A stretch of 28,735 bases of DNA from a virus. Taxonomy: Duplodnaviria; Caudoviricetes. The position numbers and the translations under genes were made by a program. The notes beneath the pieces are model-generated. The model did not search any database, was not told where the DNA came from, and saw nothing but the letters and a program-made list of their open reading frames with translations. Within the stretch, counting starts at the first letter, position 1. Each line of letters begins with the position of its first letter. Shown piece by piece: positions 18,636-24,719 of the stretch. The DNA is taken from positions 1-28,735 of the IMG/VR virus record IMGVR_UViG_3300026085_000007. One strand, written 5' to 3'.

Positions 18636-18741
18636 TAAAGAATTATACGAAGCGTTTATATACAATTTAAACTGCTATGACGCTAAAATAATAGACAGAG
18701 ACGATTTTATTAATGCGATGCAAGAATATATCTATGAGTAA
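18625..18741 (+). CDS. Small protein (38 aa)
   Basis: MATNKELYEAFIYNLNCYDAKIIDRDDFINAMQEYIYE; overlaps both neighbours. Confidence 0.45.
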   Translation: MATNKELYEAFIYNLNCYDAKIIDRDDFINAMQEYIYE

Positions 18742-18919
18742 AATGAAAGAACTTGACGAAATCGCACAAGGTGTCGCGGACGTCACAATGGAATTGATGT
18801 ATGATAGTGTCGATTGGCAACTATCGGACTTTGAACAAGACGGAGATGATTACAATGCTATACACAGCCACGTCATGCGCGCCGCAATCGCTAAAATGTA
18901 TGAAGAAACGAACAAATAA
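18734..18919 (+). CDS. Acidic hypothetical protein
   Basis: MSKMKELDEIAQGVAD...; internal ATG of track ORF 18713..18919. Confidence 0.65.
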   Translation: MSKMKELDEIAQGVADVTMELMYDSVDWQLSDFEQDGDDYNAIHSHVMRAAIAKMYEETNK

Positions 18920-19031
18920 AAGGAAATTTAGCCACAAACCACTCACAAGAGTGCAAATAGAGGCGATCGAGCGTCAGTATTGGGAGAGATACAACGCAGG
19001 TATACCTCAGTGGCAAGCAGATATGTATTAA
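18900..19031 (+). CDS. Small basic protein (43 aa)
   Basis: MKKRTNKRKFSHKPLTRVQIEAIERQYWERYNAGIPQWQADMY; stops just before repeat copy 7. Confidence 0.5.
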   Translation: MKKRTNKRKFSHKPLTRVQIEAIERQYWERYNAGIPQWQADMY

Positions 19032-19034
19032 ATT

Positions 19035-19067
19035 TACAAAGCTAATACGAATGCAAATCGATAATAT
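19035..19067 (+). promoter_or_regulatory. 33-bp repeat, copy 7
   Basis: TACAAAGCTAATACGA-ATGCAAAT-CGATAATAT. Confidence 0.8.
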
Positions 19068-19093
19068 ATATGTAACGAATAAAAAATAAAACT

Positions 19094-19282
19094 ATGTATT
19101 GCAAATGCGGAGATAAAGTACATCCAGTACGACTAAATTTAGGTTATAACACTTGTGTATCGTGTTCAACAACACAAACCTATAGCTATGTTCCAATTAT
19201 CGAGCATAAAACAGGTAATACAATTCAAATCGTCAGTCAAGAAGTGTCTGCAAGTGTACACAGGTCTTGGCGACGTAAGTAG
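19094..19282 (+). CDS. C4 zinc-finger protein (DksA/TraR-like finger)
   Basis: CKCGDKVHPVRLNLGYNTCVSCS resembles CxxCGxxIxxxRLxxxxxxxxCxxC. Confidence 0.6.
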   Translation: MYCKCGDKVHPVRLNLGYNTCVSCSTTQTYSYVPIIEHKTGNTIQIVSQEVSASVHRSWRRK

Positions 19283-19316
19283 CTAGCAAAGTTCGAAAGT
19301 ACACTACTAGCTACAC

Positions 19317-19442
19317 GAGAGGTTTTAAAGGTTGGAAGTGACTAAAGTCACAAAAGATAGTATAAAACAGAGAAAAGGGTATAAGTCAGGGCATACTAGT
19401 AAATGACGTGCATCCCTAACATTCCAGTGCTATCCGCCTCTC
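19317..19442 (+). ncRNA. Candidate structured RNA preceding mini-tmRNA 1
   Basis: Closing stem GAGAGG/CCTCTC; hairpin GTGAC-TAAA-GTCAC; TGGAA/TTCCA; GATAGTAT/GTGCTATC. Confidence 0.45.
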
Positions 19443-19446
19443 AAAT

Positions 19447-19540
19447 GGGCGTGAAATGGTTAGACAAGACAACATCTGCAGGTGTTGAAGGCATATAAGT
19501 CCTTTTTTATCTTGTGCAGGTTCGATTCCTGCCACGTCCA
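19447..19540 (+). ncRNA. Mini-tmRNA 1: tRNA-like domain only, Ala identity
   Basis: GGGCGTG/CACGTCC-A acceptor stem with G3:U70; AAATGGTTAGAC loop with no D-stem; ACAAGA/TCTTGT helix; T-arm GCAGG-TTCGATT-CCTGC; 94 nt. Confidence 0.75.
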
Positions 19541-19555
19541 CAAAAGGTTAAAAAG

Positions 19556-19777
19556 ATGAGTAAAGAAGAAATTTTAATGCAGAAAATATGGGTAGTAGCT
19601 ATGCATCGTGCCACCAAGAGTGAACATTCTTATGTAGTTGGAGTCTATGATGATTTAAAAAATGCTAAGAAAGCGGCTATTATTGAAGAACACAATAGGG
19701 CTGGTAAATACGATGCACATATTAATAGTTATGCCCTTAATGAACTACCAGAGGAAATCATTGATGACGAAATTTAA
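19556..19777 (+). CDS. Hypothetical protein
   Basis: MSKEEILMQKIWVVAMHRA...HSYVVGVYDDLKNAKKAA; ATG after the mini-tmRNA. Confidence 0.7.
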   Translation: MSKEEILMQKIWVVAMHRATKSEHSYVVGVYDDLKNAKKAAIIEEHNRAGKYDAHINSYALNELPEEIIDDEI

Positions 19778-19786
19778 TACCAATTT

Positions 19787-19860
19787 GCCGGTGTAGCTCA
19801 GTTGGTTAGAGCAGCTGATTTGTAATCAGCAGGTCGGGGGTTCGAGCCCCTCCATCGGCT
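19787..19860 (+). tRNA. tRNA-Thr(UGU)
   Basis: Full cloverleaf: GCCGGTG/CATCGGC, D-arm GCTC/GAGC, anticodon arm GCTGA-TT-TGT-AA-TCAGC, T-arm GGGGG-TTCGAGC-CCCTC. CCA is not encoded. Confidence 0.96.
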
Positions 19861-19867
19861 CAATGAA

Positions 19868-19927
19868 TCAGGTATGAGCACGAGTGTGGTGCTGTAACTC
19901 GACCGAAAAACATACGAGCATACCTGA
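19868..19927 (+). ncRNA. Candidate 60-nt three-way-junction RNA
   Basis: Perfect 9-bp closing stem TCAGGTATG/CATACCTGA enclosing AGCAC/GTGCT and CTCG/CGAG hairpins. Confidence 0.6.
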
Positions 19928-19930
19928 AAC

Positions 19931-20020
19931 GGGCGTGAAATTGAGTTAGACGAAGCGAATAAATAACAGGTTACCGAGTCCAAATGCTTCAAAACGCGGG
20001 TTCGATTCCCGCCACGTCCA
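19931..20020 (+). ncRNA. Mini-tmRNA 2: tRNA-like domain only, Ala identity
   Basis: GGGCGTG/CACGTCC-A with G3:U70; AAATTGAGTTAGAC; GAAGCG/TGCTTC helix; AAAAC linker; T-arm GCGGG-TTCGATT-CCCGC; 90 nt. Confidence 0.8.
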
Positions 20021-20022
20021 CT

Positions 20023-20229
20023 ATGGAAATAAATAAATATGTAACAACGGAGTTAGGTAAGCTTGATGGAAGTATCGTAGCAACGCCTAAAAACAGAGAA
20101 CAATTAGAGAACTTTGCCGACGGATGCGGTCAAGGCTCACTAATACTAATGCAAATGGCAATGCAGTATGGCTATAAATTAGCGTTAGAAAATTTACAAA
20201 CTAAATACGAAAACAAATCGATAATATAA
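20023..20229 (+). CDS. Hypothetical protein
   Basis: MEINKYVTTELGKLDG...; the ORF ends through repeat copy 8. Confidence 0.65.
   Translation: MEINKYVTTELGKLDGSIVATPKNREQLENFADGCGQGSLILMQMAMQYGYKLALENLQTKYENKSII
20195..20227 (+). promoter_or_regulatory. 33-bp repeat, copy 8
   Basis: TACAAACTAAATACGA-AAACAAAT-CGATAATAT. Confidence 0.8.
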
Positions 20230-20240
20230 TAAACTAAACA

Positions 20241-20495
20241 ATGAGTAAAAGACTGACAATTTACGAAAGGCTAAAGCCTGAAATTAAAGAGGCGTTACAT
20301 TCGCCTAAAAATGACAAATACAAAGCTTCTATTGACTCTATAGTTGAAGCGTTTTCTAGCACTACATTTTATAGTGACCTAAAAATTAGCGACATTAGCT
20401 CATTATATACATTTACCGATCTTGATCTATTTAGAGTCACGGCTTATGATTTTAAATACGGCGACAACATTTTAATATCTAACGACTATGAGTAA
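20241..20495 (+). CDS. Hypothetical protein
   Basis: 84 aa following repeat copy 8. Confidence 0.7.
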   Translation: MSKRLTIYERLKPEIKEALHSPKNDKYKASIDSIVEAFSSTTFYSDLKISDISSLYTFTDLDLFRVTAYDFKYGDNILISNDYE

Positions 20496-20937
20496 AATAC
20501 TAACCGATGAACTAATTGAAAATAGGTTACGTAAAATTAACGTATTGCCTAACGAAGATTTAGACCATGAATACAAGCTGAAAAAAATTCAAAACCATTT
20601 TGACTTTACAATAACAGCTAATTGGTCTAATAATCCAGATATTATGTTCTATACCGAAACAACAGCTGATGGGTATGAGGTGTGGATTGCTACCGATGAC
20701 GATCAAAGACCCTCTGTTAATGAGGACATATACTACTATGAAAGCGATTGGCTTGAAAAAATGCAAGACGCCATGATAGACGGTAACGAAATATATTTTC
20801 AAGAATTAGACGACGATAACTACGAGTTTAAGGATATTGTTGATAACGTATATGACGAATACTATAATGATAAAAAACAAGAAGTTGAAAACGAATTAAT
20901 TGAAGAAGGTTATGAATACGAAACAGTTGGTGCCTAA
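20488..20937 (+). CDS. Highly acidic hypothetical protein
   Basis: 149 aa, very D/E/Y-rich. Confidence 0.75.
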   Translation: MSKILTDELIENRLRKINVLPNEDLDHEYKLKKIQNHFDFTITANWSNNPDIMFYTETTADGYEVWIATDDDQRPSVNEDIYYYESDWLEKMQDAMIDGNEIYFQELDDDNYEFKDIVDNVYDEYYNDKKQEVENELIEEGYEYETVGA

Positions 20938-21172
20938 ATGGTTTCAAGGCGTAATATACGACAAAGGCGAAACCGTAACAAATCCGTTTAGTGGCGAAGA
21001 ATATACATTAAACGGTGTTGAATTGTCTATGTACGATTTTATTATGGGTAGCCAATATGTAATGGAAGTTGCACCTAAAACAGTAACACAAAAACAAATA
21101 AATGAATTTCACAAAGCACTACGTTGGTTTCAGAAAAACAACATTGAAGCCTATATGGTATTGCTAGATTAA
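20912..21172 (+). CDS. Hypothetical phage protein
   Basis: MNTKQLVPKWFQG...VTNPFSGEEYTL...SMYDFIMG...AYMVLLD. Confidence 0.7.
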   Translation: MNTKQLVPKWFQGVIYDKGETVTNPFSGEEYTLNGVELSMYDFIMGSQYVMEVAPKTVTQKQINEFHKALRWFQKNNIEAYMVLLD

Positions 21173-21182
21173 TACTAAAATT

Positions 21183-21392
21183 ATGCCAAATATGAGTTAT
21201 TGCCGCTTCGAGAATACGGCAAAAGACATGCAAGACTGCATATACGCTATCGAAGAGCGTAATGTATACGACTTCGGCTCCGACGAGTTACGCGGTTTCA
21301 AACTATTTTATGAACTAGCACAAGAGATTGTGGATATGGAAGATGATATTGAAAGAATAATTGAATACTATGAATCTTCTGACTCAGAATAG
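21183..21392 (+). CDS. Hypothetical phage protein
   Basis: MPNMSYCRFENTAKDMQDC N-terminus, a pattern common in phages. Confidence 0.75.
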   Translation: MPNMSYCRFENTAKDMQDCIYAIEERNVYDFGSDELRGFKLFYELAQEIVDMEDDIERIIEYYESSDSE

Positions 21393-21975
21393 TAAATTAA
21401 AAAAGACCAGTAAAGAATTAGGGCTTAGGGTATTTAATTTCGGTATACCAGCATATAAAAGTGCAAGCGGTAAACTGACGTGCCCCATGGCGGATACTTG
21501 TGTAAAGTTCTGCTATGCCAAGAAGGGAGCCTACATATGGAGTAATGTAAAACCGGCGTTTGAAAAACGTTACGAACTAACCAAGACCGACGATTTCGTT
21601 GATGCAATGAACGCAGAGATAAAGCGTAAGAAACCCGATTACGTGCGTGTCCATGATAGCGGTGATTATTATTCCGGCGCATATCTAAAAAAGTGGATAC
21701 AAATTGCTATACACAACCCAAGCGTACGGTTTTACAGTTACACCAATATGGTAGATTTAATACTAAAAACCTCATTGCCAGACAATTACGATATTATATT
21801 CAGTGATTCAGGCAAGCAAAAACATATGATAAATGAAAGAAAACACAGACATACAAAAATCTTTTCTACTTCTAGCGCTCTTCTATCTGCTGGGTATGTG
21901 GATGCTTCTAACATTGATTTGATGGCAACGAAATGGTTTAGTAAAAACCATAAGGTGGGATTAGTATTCCATTAA
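21370..21975 (+). CDS. Gp88-like protein (radical-SAM-like Cys motif)
   Basis: NSKLKK...FGIPA...TCPMADTCVKFCYA...VRVHDSGDYYS...FYSYT. Confidence 0.75.
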   Translation: MNLLTQNSKLKKTSKELGLRVFNFGIPAYKSASGKLTCPMADTCVKFCYAKKGAYIWSNVKPAFEKRYELTKTDDFVDAMNAEIKRKKPDYVRVHDSGDYYSGAYLKKWIQIAIHNPSVRFYSYTNMVDLILKTSLPDNYDIIFSDSGKQKHMINERKHRHTKIFSTSSALLSAGYVDASNIDLMATKWFSKNHKVGLVFH

Positions 21976-21979
21976 AATT

Positions 21980-22012
21980 TACAAAGTTAATACGAAGTAT
22001 AATCGATAATAA
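21980..22012 (+). promoter_or_regulatory. 33-bp repeat, copy 9
   Basis: TACAAAGTTAATACGA-AGTATAAT-CGATAATAA. Confidence 0.75.
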
Positions 22013-22021
22013 ATTAAAACT

Positions 22022-22246
22022 ATGAGTAATATAATTGAAAAAGTCCTAGTGGACTCTGAGTGCATTCACGATGCACAGTACAACAATGTGACTAAACGTT
22101 TAAGATTGTTCTATAAAAACGGTGGTATTTATAACTATGAAAATGTTCCATCTTTTTATTGGCATGGATTATTTAACGCTACATCTAAAGGTAAATTTAT
22201 TAACCGCTACATTATTGGTAAATGGCGATATAATAAAGTGGGTTAA
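22022..22246 (+). CDS. KTSC domain protein
   Basis: VDSECIHDAQYN...LRLFYKNGGIYNYENVP...LFNATSKGKFINRYI. Confidence 0.85.
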   Translation: MSNIIEKVLVDSECIHDAQYNNVTKRLRLFYKNGGIYNYENVPSFYWHGLFNATSKGKFINRYIIGKWRYNKVG

Positions 22247-22530
22247 TGAATCATGAAGAATTAGATTATCTAGCAGAACGGATTGCTGATCTTGTAATGG
22301 AAGGCTTAATTAAAAAGCAAAAAGAGTGGGATCAGCAATTCACTCATGATGTAGAAAAAATGTTTGGCGCAGGTTATGTAGTAGCGCCAGACGAAGAGCA
22401 ATTATTATTAGCTGAATTAGCTAGACTTATGACGCTATTGTCGCAGTATGAGGAAAAACAAGAATACGAAAAGTGCTCTATAGTACAAAATAAAATAAGA
22501 ATATTACAAAACAAATTAAGTAAATTATGA
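22246..22530 (+). CDS. Hypothetical protein with a C-terminal UvrB/C-like motif
   Basis: LLSQYEEKQEYEKCSIVQNKIRIL. Confidence 0.6.
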   Translation: MNHEELDYLAERIADLVMEGLIKKQKEWDQQFTHDVEKMFGAGYVVAPDEEQLLLAELARLMTLLSQYEEKQEYEKCSIVQNKIRILQNKLSKL

Positions 22531-23369
22531 TACAACCAATGCTCGCATACAAAGTAGGCAATAAAGAAGTCGACTGGTCCGAGAAGGTCTTTATGCAACC
22601 AAAGCTAGATGGCGTACGCTGTGTAATATCAAAAGACGGCGCTTATTCGCGCACAGGTAAAGAGTGGCTAAATATTCACCATATTACAGTTAATCTGGAA
22701 CCGTTTTTTGAAAAGTACCCAGATGTAATTCTTGACGGCGAATTGTACAACCACGAACTAAAAGATGATTTCGAAAAAATTATCTCACTTGTTCGTAAAA
22801 CAAAACCTAAAGAAGGCGATCGCGTCGAATCTGCAGGCTACGTACAATTTCACTGCTATGATTACATACCCGGTCCTGCTTTACGTCAAGCAAAATTTTC
22901 TAGCCGTATTGTTTGGCTGAAAGCTGAATTACCCGTAAGCTATTGCGTTAAATTTGTTGACACATACGAGGTTAATAAATACGAAGAGGCTTTGAATTTG
23001 CACACTGATGGGTTTTTAGCAAACGGTTACGAAGGCTCTATACTTCGTCTTGATCGTCCTTACGAATGCAAACGTTCATATAACCTACAAAAGTTTAAAG
23101 ACTTTCACGACACCGAGGCTACTATTATTGGCTACGTAGCGGGCAAAGGTAAATTCACTGGTTTAATCGGTAAGTTTCTTATGCAAGATGACGATGGCGT
23201 TAAATTTGGTTGCCCTATCGGTAAAGGCTATGACTTTGCAGATCGTCGTAAAATACTTGAAAATGTACACGATTATATCGGCCAGCGTGCTACGTTTACA
23301 TATTTTGAACGTACAAAAGCTGGCAGCTATCGTCATCCTCTGTATAAAACACTACGTAACTATGAGTAA
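22527..23369 (+). CDS. lig: ATP-dependent DNA ligase
   Basis: Motif I QPKLDGVR, ILDGELY, FHCYD, GYEGSILR, LQKFK and a C-terminal OB fold. Confidence 0.95.
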   Translation: MIQPMLAYKVGNKEVDWSEKVFMQPKLDGVRCVISKDGAYSRTGKEWLNIHHITVNLEPFFEKYPDVILDGELYNHELKDDFEKIISLVRKTKPKEGDRVESAGYVQFHCYDYIPGPALRQAKFSSRIVWLKAELPVSYCVKFVDTYEVNKYEEALNLHTDGFLANGYEGSILRLDRPYECKRSYNLQKFKDFHDTEATIIGYVAGKGKFTGLIGKFLMQDDDGVKFGCPIGKGYDFADRRKILENVHDYIGQRATFTYFERTKAGSYRHPLYKTLRNYE

Positions 23370-23440
23370 GCTAATATGGAAACTATACAACGAAAATATG
23401 ATCAGCGAAGAAGTAGCGACGATATTATTAAACAAACACT

Positions 23441-23704
23441 ATGAATAATACTATATCACAAAAGTATATAAAAGATTATATAACTGAAAACTATGGTGAA
23501 GTACGGCATGACTTAAAACGTATGGCTGAAGCTTGCAGGGTTGTAGCAAATATATATGGGTATACACCTAAACAAATCTTTCATTTCATGATTGAGCAAG
23601 AGCCTTTAACAGGTACGCATAGCTATGGTTTTAACACCAGATATGGCCGCGAAATACGTGAAGAATTTGAGGTGCAATACCACGAAATATACAAAGAAAT
23701 ATGA
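23441..23704 (+). CDS. Hypothetical protein
   Basis: 87 aa, ORF track. Confidence 0.7.
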   Translation: MNNTISQKYIKDYITENYGEVRHDLKRMAEACRVVANIYGYTPKQIFHFMIEQEPLTGTHSYGFNTRYGREIREEFEVQYHEIYKEI

Positions 23705-23859
23705 AAATAACAGTAGAACATTACGACGAAAAAGCAAGTATTGAAACCGATCATGACGACGTTACTTTTGATGAGTTCATGGAGCTTGTAAGAAAAGTTG
23801 CGCACGGCGTTGGTTATCATTCAGAATTAATAGAAGAATGGTTTAATTATGAGGCTTAA
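23701..23859 (+). CDS. Small protein (52 aa)
   Basis: MKITVEHYDEKASIETDHDDVTFDEFMELVRKVAHGVGYHSELIEEWFNYEA; ATGA-coupled. Confidence 0.65.
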   Translation: MKITVEHYDEKASIETDHDDVTFDEFMELVRKVAHGVGYHSELIEEWFNYEA

Positions 23860-24013
23860 AACAGGAACATACGCAGGACAATACCCTTTAGGTATAAGCT
23901 ATGTATACTTTAATAAAATGTACAGAGCGATTGTACTTGATTTAATATTCTTTTATATTGAATTAGTAATTAAAGACTATCCTGAAGAATTTAATCCAGA
24001 CGGAAGAATATGA
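23849..24013 (+). CDS. Small protein (54 aa)
   Basis: MRLKTGTYAGQYPLGISYVYFNKMYRAIVLDLIFFYIELVIK...; ATGA-coupled to the next gene. Confidence 0.55.
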   Translation: MRLKTGTYAGQYPLGISYVYFNKMYRAIVLDLIFFYIELVIKDYPEEFNPDGRI

Positions 24014-24501
24014 ACATATTTTATTTACACCCGGACCCGGCTAAAGCAGCTAGTTTCTTTTATGACAAGCACAAAGTAAAAATGATACTAGAGTCCGCGC
24101 AAATGTTATGCACTGCTCACCACGTGTATAGCAACGGACACAATGTGCCATACAAAAAAGCACACCTTAATCATCCAAGTACTGTATGGGTACGTGAGAG
24201 TACACAGCATTACAATTGGCTATACGACCACATGCTTGCATTAGGCAAAGAGTATACAGCTAGATACAATAAGCATCACCTTAGTATTGCTAAGTGTCGT
24301 GAAGCTTTAATGTATCCGCCGATTGGTATGCCCGACAATGGATTTGTTGAGCCACCACAATGTATGCCAGACGAATACAAAGACACTAGTAGCTTAGCTG
24401 CATATTGGAATTATTATGAAAACGAAAAACACACTATAAGAAATAAGAATGAGCAAAAAATTATACGACCACTTTACATCAACGAATTATGCAAACATTA
24501 G
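24010..24501 (+). CDS. Pyrimidine-dimer DNA glycosylase / endonuclease V family protein
   Basis: MNIFYLHPDP...DKHKVKMILESAQMLCTAH...HLNHPSTVWVRES...EYTARY...PQCMPDEYK. Confidence 0.8.
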   Translation: MNIFYLHPDPAKAASFFYDKHKVKMILESAQMLCTAHHVYSNGHNVPYKKAHLNHPSTVWVRESTQHYNWLYDHMLALGKEYTARYNKHHLSIAKCREALMYPPIGMPDNGFVEPPQCMPDEYKDTSSLAAYWNYYENEKHTIRNKNEQKIIRPLYINELCKH

Positions 24502-24683
24502 CAAAAAAGTTAAAGAATTTCAGAAGAAAAAGGCGTCACCTAAATTATCTGCAAAACAGAATATGGACATTAAAGTATGAAATACTTAATGATGCATTGA
24601 TACTTGAAATTAATGAAAATAAAATAAATTTGTTTCACAAATACCAACGTAGATACAAGCTGATCACATTTATGCGACGTTAG
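24489..24683 (+). CDS. Small basic protein
   Basis: 64 aa, fills the gap between neighbours. Confidence 0.5.
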   Translation: MQTLAKKLKNFRRKRRHLNYLQNRIWTLKYEILNDALILEINENKINLFHKYQRRYKLITFMRR

Positions 24684-24719
24684 CTTGTATATATATAATA
24701 GTAAGAGGCTAATGTCACA
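24673..24719. promoter_or_regulatory. Inverted-repeat protein-binding site, copy 3 (reverse orientation; overlaps ATG 24712)
   Basis: TGCGACGTTAGCTTGTATATATATAATAGTAAGAGGCTAATGTCACA. Confidence 0.7.

Noticed and set aside
19470-19487. Mini-tmRNA 1 as a tRNA-Ala(UGC), because hairpin CAACATC-TGCA-GGTGTTG contains TGC
   Set aside because: There is no D-stem, the loop is 4 or 8 nt rather than 7 with U33, and element 2 has no equivalent hairpin. It remains only a weak alternative.
19447-20020. One large or permuted two-piece tmRNA made from the ends of the two elements
   Set aside because: Each element has its own internally matching P2 helix, and cross-pairing of the P2 strands fails. The interval holds an ordinary ORF and a tRNA, and I found no tag ORF ending in ALAA-like residues.
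19514-20022. N-terminal extensions of ORFs 19514 and 19984, and minus-strand ORF 19798..19992
   Set aside because: These are translations of tRNA or tRNA-like arms (GSIPA, GSNPRP). The real starts are likely 19556 and 20023.
15214-22012. 33-bp repeats as a CRISPR array or integron attC sites
   Set aside because: Spacing is irregular (200-1800 bp) and filled with genes. The repeats have a variable core and no attC-type hairpin, and there is no cas or integrase gene in the window.
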